A program made the translations under genes and the position numbers. This document shows positions 24,655 to 36,071 of a DNA stretch of 64,000 nucleotides, one piece after another. Position 1 is the stretch's first letter. Every line of letters starts with the position of its first letter. The DNA comes from Malacoraja senta (lineage: Eukaryota). A model generated the notes under the pieces. It was not told the origin of the DNA and made no database searches. It was given only the letters and a program-made list of their open reading frames with translations. The stretch covers positions 7,006,001 to 7,070,000 of the forward strand of contig CM075990.1 of the NCBI GenBank assembly GCA_038087875.1, written 5' to 3'.

Positions 24655-24944
24655 GTCACGGTGGTGCAGTGTTCGAGTTGCTGCCTTGCAGCGCCGGAGG
24701 CAATGGTTTGATCTTGACTATGGGTGATGACTGAATGGAGTTTGTGTGTTCTCCCTGTGACCGCGTGGGTTTTCTCCGGGTGCTCCAGTTTCCTCCCACG
24801 CTCCAAAGACGTACAGGTTTGTAGGCTAATTGGCTTTGGTAAAATTGTAACTTGTCCCTAGTGTGTGTAGGATAATTGATGGGCATGGACTCAGTGGGTT
24901 GAAGGGCCTGTTTCTGCGCTGTACCCCTAAACTAAACTAAACTA
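24655..24944 (+). mobile_element. HE1-type V-SINE
   Basis: Head, core and (ctaaa)n tail. Confidence 0.85.
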
Positions 24945-25386
24945 GACACTGCAGAAATAACAGTGTGTCTCCACTGGAAGACTGTCCACCAGTGTCAGCT
25001 CCACACCACAGCTTAGTTTCATATTTCTACCCTCAGCTTAACCACCTGCTAATCTCTCAAGATTTTTTGGCACCTACATGTGTTCTCTGGTAACCGAGCC
25101 ATACAGACCAAATCCTCACATACAAAGGCACGATCATACAGATATATAGTTTCACGCTGCCTGTTTCCCAGCTGCTAACAATTTACTTGCCATCACTGTG
25201 ACAGAAAGAAAGCACATGCATCTCTGATCAAAGATTCTGTCCACCCCATTGACAGAGATATTACATTACCACATCCAAACCGGAAACAAATTTGATTATT
25301 TACCTACGCTCAAATGCACATGGGAAGCCCTGCTGTGTCTGCTCACTCTAGAATTCATTTAACAATTTTTGCAATCACAGAGTCAC

Positions 25387-25891
25387 AGAGCATGGAGCAT
25401 AGAGCATGGAGCATGGAGCATGGAACATGGAGCAGAGCATGGAGCATCCAGCATGGAGCATAGAGCATGGAGCATGGAGCATGGAGCATGCAGCATAGAG
25501 CATGGAGCATGGAGCATGGAGCATAGAGCATGGAGCATGGAGCATGGAGCGGAGCATGGAGCCTAGAGCATGGAGCATGGAGCGGAGCATGGAGCATGGA
25601 GCGGAGCATGGAGCCTAGAGCATGGAGCAGAGCATGGAGCATGGAGCATAGAGCATGGAGCATGGAGCATGGAGCGGAGCATGGAGCATGGAGCCTAGAG
25701 CATGGAGCATGGAACCTAGAGCATGGAGCATAGAGCATGGAGCATGGAGCCTAGAGCATGGAGCATGGAGCATAGAGCATGGAGCATAGAGCATGGAGCA
25801 TAGAGCATGGAGCATAGAGCATGGAGCCTAGAGCATGGAGCAAGGAGCATAGAGCATGGAGCATGGAGCATGGAGCATGGAGCATGGAGCA
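25387..25891. repeat. 7-bp minisatellite (GAGCATG / GAGCATA variants)
   Basis: About 500 bp of heptamer repeats with cctag and gcgg variants. Confidence 0.95.
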
Positions 25892-28120
25892 TACTAAATC
25901 ACATACTAAGTAGTGCCATATTTCTAAAGCATAGCTGGTGCACTATACTTTCAACCTCCTTGTCCTTCTCTTCTTGGTGCTGCTTTATGGAAAGAAGTCC
26001 CTTATCAATCTTTAATGTAAAGAGGGCTATTTACCAGTTCCAAGTTCCGGATAGTGACATCCCAGTTTGAAAAGCTTGCTCTTTACTGTCAACACTCATG
26101 TCTGAGGAAGAACGACTCGGGTGATGTACTGGGACATACATACATCATCTTGGTTCCATTAGTATTCAAAGGATAAATGATTCAGTTTTTAAAAAAGGAG
26201 AGCAGAGTGTGACCTGGAAATCTCAACTGCCTTCACTGATGGGTTACATCCTTTTAATGGAATTAGTTATTCTCATCATTATGTGCCATTTCTTTGCTGT
26301 TTATATGGTTTGTTTAGTTACAACTGCTTTGATGCTACTCAAAATAGACTATTGCATTTTTTGGTTTATTTGATTACAACTGCTTTGATGCTATTTAAAA
26401 TAGGCTATTGCATATTTTCCAGACTTTATCCGTCCTTTTATAATCATATTTATGCGAGCTGTCTCCAATGCTGTGCAGTGTCAGATGACTGCCTTCAGGT
26501 AGACATGCATTGTAGGCTTTACTGGGATATTTTACTGAAATACATTTAATAATTTCTTTAAAAGCTTGTTTACCATAATGAGTATTATGCATCACAGATC
26601 TCGTTACTTTTATACTTCAGTTGCTAATTTAGAATGAAGTGCGTGGCCTATTACTGTGACTATTACATTTGATAAGTGCTTGAAGAGTTGCCATTGACAA
26701 CGTGAATTGTTGGATGCCAGACCTCAACCAAGCATATCGTCAACAGAGCCCATGAAAAAATCTGTCGGGCTCATCAACTTCCAGTTACTTTGGTTACAAA
26801 TACAGTACAGACACCAGCAGACTCTGAATTATGTTTATTCTCATCTAATAGAATAGTGGGGTAAATTTGCTAGGTTTATGGTTAAGTATGCATAGATAAT
26901 TCTGAGCAAGGAAATATATGTAGTTCAACACAAATTGGTGGAGTAACTCAGCATTTCAGGCAGCATCCGTGGATCATATGCACAGGTGACATTTCAGGTC
27001 AGGACCCATCTTCAGACTGATCCAAGTGTGTTGTTGGTGGTTTGGTGGTAGCATTTCTGTTGTGTTAGAAAGAGAAGGGTCTCATGTCAGCTAACAGAGA
27101 TTAGAAAATGCATGGATCTCCTTCGTGGACCAATGCTGGTAACTTGGCACAGAACGCAGTAGTTAGCACGACTGCCTCATAGCTCTAGAGACCCAAGTTC
27201 AATCCTGACCTCTAGTACTGTCTGTGCAGAGTTTACATATTCTCCTTTTGGCCGAGTGGCTTTCCTTCCATTGCTCCAGTTTCCTTTCACGTTACCTCAT
27301 CTCAAAGATGTGTTGATAGGTTTAGTTGACCACCATAAAGAGTGATACAGTGTGGAAACGGGCCCTTCAGCCCAATTTTCCCACACCAACCAACATGTCC
27401 CATCTACACTAGTCCCACTTACCTGCGTTTGGCCTATATATCTCTAAACCTGTCCTATCCATGTATCTGTCTAATTGCTTCTTAAACGTTGTGATAGTCC
27501 TTGCCTCAACTACCTCCTCTGGCAGCTTGTTCCATACACCCACCACCCTTTATGTGAAAAAGATCCCCCTCAGGTTCCTATAAAATCTTTCCCCCTTCAC
27601 CTTCGTTCTCGATTCCTCTGGGCAAGAGACTCTATGCGTCTCCTGATCTATTCCTCTAATGATTGTGTCCACCTCTATAAGATTACCCCCCCTCCTCCTG
27701 CACTCTCGGGATTAGTCCCAGCCTGCTCATTCTCTCCCTGTAGCTCAGGCCCTCGAGTGTTGGTGGGTGGCAGAAGAATGATAGTGCTAATAGGTATGCG
27801 AGAGAGGTTACTTAGCATGGTAATAGTGGGGGTAATGGGAATGGTGTGATATGGGATTGGGCACAGACTTGATGGGCTGAATGGCCTCTTTCTATGTTGC
27901 AAGAAAATATGAAAGTATACCAGCTTGAGCCAGCCCATGCATTGAAACAGTTGGTTAGCTTGTCTTCAGCACAAAATGTTTTCATGGTAATGAAGTTTAA
28001 GTGTGCTGTTCCAAACAATGGTCTGAGTATGATTATCAAATAAATTGGCCCCTAGTACATTGGTTGCAGCGTGCTTAATAGCCAAGCCCAATTATTAAAG
28101 GGAATGCTTAGCCACTTGGT

Positions 28121-28420
28121 TGGGCCGGCAAAGTGGCGCAGCGGTAGAGTTGCTGCCTTGCAGCGCCAGAGAACCGGGTTTGATCCTGACTACAGGTGCT
28201 ATCTGTACAGAGTTTGTACATTCTTCCTGTGACCGCGTGGGTTTTCCCCCGGGTGCTCTAGTTTCCTCCCACACTCCAAAGACGTACAGGTTAATTAGCT
28301 TTGGTAAAAAATTGTAAATTGTCCTAGTGCGTAGGATAGTGTTAGTGTACCGGGATCGCTGGTCGGTGCGGTCTTGGTTGGCCGAAGGGCCCGATTCCGC
28401 GCTGTATCTCAAAACTAAAC
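28121..28420 (+). mobile_element. HE1-type V-SINE
   Basis: A/B boxes, core and tail. Confidence 0.85.
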
Positions 28421-28862
28421 ATGAGGTGTGCAGGAGAAACGGAAGGGAATGAGACAAAAAGGGCACTGAGCATGCAGCCCTGTCCCTCAGAGACTTATTC
28501 GACTCCATTGTTCCCACACCGCCGTGCCCCAAGCCCAGTGCAGGAGGCTGTGCTCTACCAGAGGGGTCACCGGCCATGAGGAAGCAAAACTGGACGCCTG
28601 CGGGTGCTGCAGAAGCCACAGTCATACAGCACAGAAACAAGCCCTTTGGCCCAACTTGTCCATGCCGACAAGATGCTCCAACTACACTCGTCCCACCTGC
28701 CCGTGTTTGGCCCATATCCCTCTCAACCTTTCCTTTTCATGTACCTGTCGAAGTGTCCTTTCAATGTTTTTATATTACCTGCCTCAACTACCTCCTCTGG
28801 CAGCTCATTCCATATACCCACATTCCATTCCATATACCCACATTCTCTGAGTGAAAAGATTG

Positions 28863-29291
28863 TTTCCTCCTAGCAGGTAAACAAGACCAATACCAAAAGA
28901 TTTGGTCTCCATATATCGACTTATTACAAACATAAGGTGCAACAAAATGTTGATAATAAATGGTTTTAGGACCTGGCGAGGGGTGAGTAAAGATAAGAAA
29001 TAGGTACATCCATTTCATATTGTCCTATCTTACTTTCTTTTTTCTTTTTTCTTTTTCCTCCTTTTGGTTTTTTTCTTTTCTTTTTTAACTATTTCTTGTG
29101 GTTTTGGTTCATATGGGTGTTCCTGGACCACTCTTTCAATCACTCACTGACTAGCTTTACTAACTCTTTCTATCCTTTTTTCCTATTAAAGTTTAAAATA
29201 AGAAGTGGTACAAGAAAAGTATAAACTTACGTTATTGCAGATTACTGTAATGTAAAATACTTCTAATAAAAAAATTATTAAAAAAAAAAAA
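28863..29291 (+). mobile_element. 5'-truncated L1-like element
   Basis: TSD gaaaagattg at 28853-28862 and 29292-29301; poly(A); similar to 16541-17013. Confidence 0.8.
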
Positions 29292-29343
29292 GAAAAGATT
29301 GCAACCTCGGGTTCCTATTAAATCTTTCCCCTCTCACCTTAAA

Positions 29344-29587
29344 TGTGAATGTGTGTGAATGCGTGTGAATGTGTGTGAATGCGTGTGAGTGATTGGTGGT
29401 GGTCGGAGGGGCCGTAGGCGCAGATTAGCAGCCACGCTTCCGTCAGTCTGCCCCAGGGCAGCTGTGGCTACAGAAGTAGCTCACCACCACCGAGTGTGAC
29501 TGAGGAGTGAATGAATAATGCGATGTAAAGCGCCTTGGGTATTAGAAAGGCGCTATATAAATCCAATCCATTATTATTATTATTATT
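29344..29587 (+). mobile_element. 5'-truncated copy of the CORE/L2-tail SINE
   Basis: Nearly identical to 11030-11243; inserted in a CR1 fragment with ttaaa duplication. Confidence 0.85.
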
Positions 29588-29619
29588 AAACCTATGTCCC
29601 TTGGTTCTTGATTCACTTA

Positions 29620-29926
29620 AGGGGGCTGCACCACTGTACAAGCTAATTCAAGAGTTCTCCCGAGTTTCCCCCGATTCGAACTCGGAGAATTACGGTAATA
29701 GCCGCTCGTAGGTACTCAGAGCTCTCGTAGACATTTTTCAACATGTTGAAAAATCTTCACGAGTGTTCACGAGCTTACCGCATTTTCCGAGTACCTGCCG
29801 TTAGCGTTACGAGCCGCTAAGAGACGTCCCGAGCTCCGACGTACCCGCTACGTACTTACCACGAGTTTTATTTTTTTTTAAACTTGGGAGAGCTCTTGAA
29901 TGAACTCGTACAGTGGGACAGCCCCT
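29620..29926. mobile_element. PIF/Harbinger-type MITE (same family as 3431-3760)
   Basis: TIR-like ends agggggctgcaccac / gtgggacagcccct; TTA at 29617-29619 and 29927-29929. Confidence 0.85.
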
Positions 29927-30619
29927 TTACTCTGGGTAAAAGACTGTGCATCTAACCTATCTTTTCCTTTTATGGTCATACACTTCTATATCACCCCCCC
30001 CCCCATTCTTCTGGGATTCAAGGAATTATGTCCTAGCCTGCCCAGCCACTCCCTGTAGCTCAGACTCTCAAGTCCTGTCAACATCCATGTGTCTTAGTTG
30101 CACTCTTTCCAATTTAACATCTTTGTTACAGCAGTGTGACCAAAACTGAACACAATACTGCAGAGCAAAATGGATGCAATAATCTTAGTAAAGTTAATGC
30201 ATAAAGCAAAGACCATTGCTGATGTTAATGTTCGTGCAGGGAATTGGTGACCTGCAGGCTTCCACACCAACCTTCAGTATGTGGGGCTGTCTTACTACAG
30301 GTAGCTCAGGGCAGCACAGTCTGCAAAGGAGGACTGCAATTGTAATGCTGGCAATGCCCAGCTTATTTTTGGGAGCTCAGTTGCTCCTTCTAACTCCTGA
30401 ATAATAGTTTTACCCTTCCCCGCCTTCCAGCTTTACCACATGTAAAACATGGGAGAGTAGAACAGCACGGCTATGACTAGGCTGGTCCTAAAATGGCAAG
30501 GAACGTCACAGGGATAATATTCACATGCTGAAAGAGACCAACCCTACGAAACAGGCTGCTTTCTTGACCACCCTGAAGCTGGCCTCTATCGATATTTATA
30601 GACATCAAGCTAACCAATC

Positions 30620-30918
30620 TTAGTTTAGATATACAGCATGGAAACTGGCCCTTTGGCCCATCAAGTTCATGCCGACCAACGATACCCGCACACTAAGACT
30701 ATCCTACACATGCGAGGGACAATTTTACCAAAGCCAATGAACCTACAAACCTGTACGCCTTTGGAGTGTGGGAGGAAACTGGAGCACCCGGAGAAAACCC
30801 ACGCAGGTCAGGGGAAGAACGTACAAACTCCATACACACAGCAATTGCAGTGAGGAATTAATCCCGGTCTCTGGTGCTATAAGACAGCAACTCTACCGCT
30901 GTACCACCATGTTGCCCT
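30620..30918 (-). mobile_element. HE1-type V-SINE
   Basis: Core and tail. Confidence 0.8.
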
Positions 30919-31522
30919 GTATTATATCAGTGGGAACATTGGCCACAATATTATGACCCATCCAGAATGGAAATTCAGTGCACTTTCTCCTTGCAATGGC
31001 TCTGGGCACAAACATCCTCCTCAATGGCCAGAGACCTTTTAGCCTGATTTTCCTCATTCAACTATCAGTGTTGTTTTTCCAATGTTGATTCATAAGTGTT
31101 TCTTAGCATCAGAACAAATACGAATGTTTGGGTGGAATAAAACAGCTAATTATTATGTTAACTGCTGGAAGATGACTGTAATCCAAGCAGTACCAGACAT
31201 TGGGAAAGAAACTGCTGAAAGGATAAAAGGCAATTACAATGCAACCCTTCAAAACAACTCCGGCAGTAACTAACTATCTAACCCAATGCTGCTATATCTC
31301 CTGCCAAGTCTCCAGTCAACATAAATATAATTATGTGTACGAAGGAACTGCAGATGCCAGTTTAAACCGAAGATGGACACAAAATGCTGGAGTAACTCAG
31401 CGGGTCAGGCAGCATCACTGGAGAGAAGGAATAGGCGACGTTTCAGGTCGAGCCCCTTCTTCAGACAAATATAATTATGAGGGTTACTCGTAACTTATTA
31501 AACTGGTAACTTATTAAACTTC

Positions 31523-32612
31523 TCAACAGATGGAATGAATAAGAATGGAGAAAGAGGATTGTTCTCCGTACGATTTAGGAGCGATCCTCTTCTCCCTGAT
31601 AAAAATGAACAATACATTATATAAGAAGAATCCAATTATACATAATATAATACGAATTTGGAAACAAATAAAATTAACTTTAAAATTAAGAAATCTATCA
31701 GCACTAACACCAATAGTGAATAACCCGGTATTTAAACCATCTCTTATGGATAAAACATATAGACAATGGGAAAGATTGGGAATTAAAAAGGTGGGTGACA
31801 TGTATGAAATGGGAAATTTATTATCATTTCAACAATTAAAATCAAAATTTAAACTGAATAACAACCAATACTTTAAATATTTACAGATATGTGACTTTAT
31901 GAAGAAATATATACCAAGATTTCAGAGCATAATGATAGATCCACTGGATGAAGCAATGAATATTAAGGCGGACTCACAAAAATTAATATCATATCTATAT
32001 AATAGTATTCTTAACAGAGAATTGCCATCAACAGAGGCAATTAGAGAAGACTGGGAAAAAGAATTAATGATAAAAATTCCAAAGTATTTGATATATATAC
32101 ATAAATGTACAAGCTAATTCAAGAGTTAGACACAATTTAATTCAATTTAAAATATTACACAGATTATATTATTCAAAAACTAGGTTGAATAAATTCTATT
32201 CAAATATTTCTCCCATCTGTGACAAATGTCTTTCTCAAAATGCCAATATCACACTCTTTTGTTTCTTGCACAAAACTTCATAAATTTTGGTGTGATATAT
32301 TTGATATATTCACTAGTCTATTTAAGATTAAAATGGAACCTAATACTGAAATGATTATATTTGGACTAATGGGAGATGGGAACAAATTAAATATACCCCA
32401 AAATTCTTTTTTTAATTATGGTTTAATAACAGCAATAAAACATACTTAAATTTTGGAAAAATGCTACTATACCAACATTTAAAATGTGAACCAGTAATAT
32501 GTTGGACACAGCCCACCTGGAAGAAATGAGACTCCTAATAGACAAACAAGACCAATTCTTAACGAGTTGGTCTCCATTTATTGATTTTTTGGATTCATGT
32601 GGTGCAACAGTA
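31523..32612 (+). pseudogene. Degenerate L1-clade ORF2 C-terminal fragment
   Basis: NPIIHNIIRIWKQIK, WERLGIKKVGDMY, FKYLQICDF, LIQFKILHRLY, CDKC and HSFVSC (zinc-knuckle region); frameshifts and stops. Confidence 0.85.
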
Positions 32613-32999
32613 TCGGCAGCATCTCTGGAGAGAAAGAATGGATGACTTTTCAGGGTGAAAACCCTTAAGAAGGGTCACCCATTCCTTCTCATTGTGCTGT
32701 ATGACGATGACCTGTATTAAACCCTTTTATAAATCATGCATTAGACATTAAGATGCATCGCAGAGCTGTTATCTCTTTAAAAAAAGTACGTCTCTCTATT
32801 TTCCCCTGCTCAAATAGACAAATTACGTTTTCCCACATTGTACTCCGTTTGTTAGATCCTTGGCTAATCCACATTGATTTGTAGCCTGTTCACAACACAC
32901 TTTCCCCACCTACCTTTGTATCATCAGCAAGAAAATACTTAAGGACATTCCCTACGCTACAGAATCATCAGTTTACCAGGAGCTTAGAACCAATAACTA

Positions 33000-33958
33000 G
33001 GAGGGACAATATAACAGACAGTTAGAGTGGTTTGAGTTAATTAAGGAGAGACAAATACATTTGTAGCAGGTAGATTGAGTTTGACCAACCAAATTGATTT
33101 TTTTTTATGAAGTATTAGAGAAGTTTGGTGAAGGGAATACACTAGATGCTATCTCTATAGATTTTCGGAGAGTTTTTGGAAAGAAAAGCAGAAGGTTAAC
33201 AAAATTGGATCTCCAGGTATAGAAGGGTCAATGTAAAATAATTGCCTGTAGGATAGAAAGTGGCTAATCATGATTAACAATTGATTTTCAATGTGAAGGG
33301 TGATAGACAGTGGAGTTTCCCAGGGGTCAATACTAGGATCACTGCTTTTGTTTGATGTAGAAAAAAAAGTTTTGAAAGTTGCTGATCGCACAAATCAGTG
33401 AGGATATTTGTCGACTGCAACAAGATGCAGATAATCTACCAGGATGAGTGGATGAATGGCAGACGGATTTTAGTACAGAGAAGTGTCATGTGATGTATTT
33501 TGCCAGCAAGGAATGGCAATAGAAACTTAACTGCACCATTTGAATTGGAGTTCAGGTGCAAAAGAACCTGGGGTTGATGTTTCGGGCAACAAGATGAGAG
33601 GGATAGATCGGGTAGATGCACAGAGTCTCTTGCCCAGGTTAGGGGAATCAAGAACCAGAGGACATCGGTTTAAGATGAATCAATCAATCAATAATTTATC
33701 AATCAGGGGGAAAAGTTTAATAAAAACCTGGGGGTAACGTTTTCACACAAAGGGTGGTGGGTGTTTGGAACGAGCTGCCGGAGGAGGATGATGAGGCAGG
33801 GACAAATGCAATGTTTAAAAAACATTTAGACAGGTACATGGATTGGACAGGTTTAGAGGGATATGGGCCAAACGCAGGTAGGTGGGACGTGTAGATGGGA
33901 CATGTGGGCAATTGGGCTGATGGGTCTGTTTCCACGCTGTAAGACTCTATAACTCTAA
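33000..33958 (+). mobile_element. Old degenerate CR1 RT fragments and tail
   Basis: Eroded SGVSQGSILG-like coding and CR1 tail motifs. Confidence 0.6.
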
Positions 33959-34804
33959 GATATTGACACGGTGTATTAGCAGATATAGTCCAATTTCACC
34001 GCACTTGTTGGTAGTGAGAAAGTGGAGACGAACAATGAGTTTAACAGAAAGTTGGAAAACCACAAGGATGTAAATGGACAGGGCAGGAGGATAAAATGGA
34101 GGAATGTTTCTGCCTGTACTGTGCTACAGGCAGTTGTCATGGAACTGATGAGCCAAACGTCCCCTCTTTAACATAGTAACAACACTATGATTTCCTGATT
34201 CTGTATACATTGTCCTTAGACTTGAAACACACACGTAAAGGACTTCCTTGAAGTTATATGCAATGCTTATTCTGGCCATTCAATGAAATTCTGTTTTGAG
34301 ATGGCAAACATTTCAGATGTGCTTTAATGTGTATCTTTTATTTCTTACAAAAACATGCTTTAGTTGACCCATTCCTGATGATTTTTTAGCTTTGGATAGG
34401 ACAGGTTTAGAAGGATATATGGGCATCACACATCAGAGATGGTGTGATATTCTGGTGAGTAGCCTGGTCAATATCCTCTTGCATTATACACTCTCTGCCT
34501 CAGCAAGCATTAGTGTTTCTGAACTTTGCCACTTAGCATGGAGACTCATTATGATTGAAAGATAAGGTCGGAAGGTGCAGACGTCAAATGAATTTTGATT
34601 TATTCGCATACTTCAACCAACTACAATTGCCACACTAACTATTCTGAAGCTTAGAAATTTATACTGCATAAGCAGAACTCGTGGACTGTATAGTCACATC
34701 CGTTCATTGTGTCTGCCTTCAAAATCCATTCTGTTACTGCAGTGGAATGAATTTTAGAGGCAAAGTACAAATTGTCGACATAATTGAATAAAGCATTTAA
34801 TACA

Positions 34805-35974
34805 ATTGGTTGTGTGGATTCAGAACTGGCTTACCAGTAGAAGACAGGGTTGTGGTACACGTACAATATTCGGGCAAGAGGTCTGTGGCTAGTGGAGTTC
34901 CGCGGGGATCTGTGCTGAGACCTCTGCTGTTTGTGATATTTGTAAATGTCCTGGACCTAATCGCAGAGGGGTCGGTGAATAAGTGTGCAGATGACACCAA
35001 GATTGCTGGGATTGTGGACTGTGAGGAAAGCTGTCAAAGTGTACAGTATGGCGGGCGAATAAGCAAGCCACGCATGGTGAATCAAAGAGATCTTTATTGC
35101 TGAAGTAAAGAGAACAACACACGCGCGAATGGGCGAAGGCTGACCCGGGGCTGAACACTTATACTAGGGCACACCCCTAACCCTTGTGACAACTCCTTCC
35201 CGCCATTACCCCGTCACGTGACCCTACCCCCGACTGCTGAGGGTAGGCCTAACCACAGGGTGGCGCCACAACAGTGTGGCAGTAGATCAGCTACCGGAAT
35301 TGGGCGGAGAAATGGCAGATGGAGTTTAATCTTTAGGAGGTCAAATGTTAGGGGAAAAATATACCGATAATGGTATAACCCTTAACAGCATTGGTGTGCA
35401 GGGGGATCTTGGGGGTTCAAGTCAATAACTCCCTGAAAATGGCAACACAAGAAGATTGAGTGGTAAAGAAGGCATGTGGTGTGCTTGCTTTCTTAACTGG
35501 GGGCATTGAGTATAAGATTCAGGATGTCACGATAATGCTTTGTAGGACTTTGGTTAGGCCGCATTTGGAGTATTGCGTGCAGTTCTGGTCACCCCATTAT
35601 AGGTAGGATGTGGAGGCTTTGGAGAGGGTGCAGGGGAGGCTTATCAGTCGGATGGCTGGATTAGGGGTATTCGCTACAGGGAGAGACTGGACAGACTTGG
35701 TTTGTTTTCTCTGGAATGTCGCAAGTTGTAACGAGATCTATTAGAAGTAAATAAAATAGAGGAATAGATGGGGTCGACAACCAGAAACTTTTTCTCAGGA
35801 TGGAAAAATCAAATTCTAGAGAGCATAGCTTCAAGGTAACAGGGGCAAAGTTTAAAGGAGATGGACTGTGCAGATATTTCACACAAGAGGTGATGGGTCC
35901 CTGGAATGTGCTGCCGGGGGTGGTGGTTGAGGCAGATATGACAGTGCCATTCAAGAGACCTTTGGATAGATACA
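34805..35974 (+). mobile_element. Old CR1 LINE fragment (host of the solo LTR and of the HER1 insertion; continues at ~40417-40535)
   Basis: SGVPRGSVLRPLLFVIFVN, KCADDTKI, PHLEYCVQFWSP. Confidence 0.8.
35047..35270 (-). mobile_element. Solo LTR (224 bp), probably gypsy-type
   Basis: Ends tatggcg...cgccaca (TG..CA with one change); 4-bp TSD acag at 35043-35046 and 35271-35274; TATAAG and AATAAA on the minus strand. Confidence 0.75.
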
Positions 35975-36071
35975 TAGATACATAGAAACATAGAAAATAG
36001 GTGCAGGAGTAGGCCATTCGGCCCTTCGAGCCTGCACCGCCATTCAATATGATCATGGCTGATCATCCAAC

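Noticed and set aside
25355-25815. Repetitive ORFs (MLHAPCS / MEHGAWS)
   Set aside because: Translation artefacts of the heptamer minisatellite
28121-28200. tRNA gene
   Set aside because: tRNA-like A/B boxes are SINE heads continuing into SINE core; no full cloverleaf
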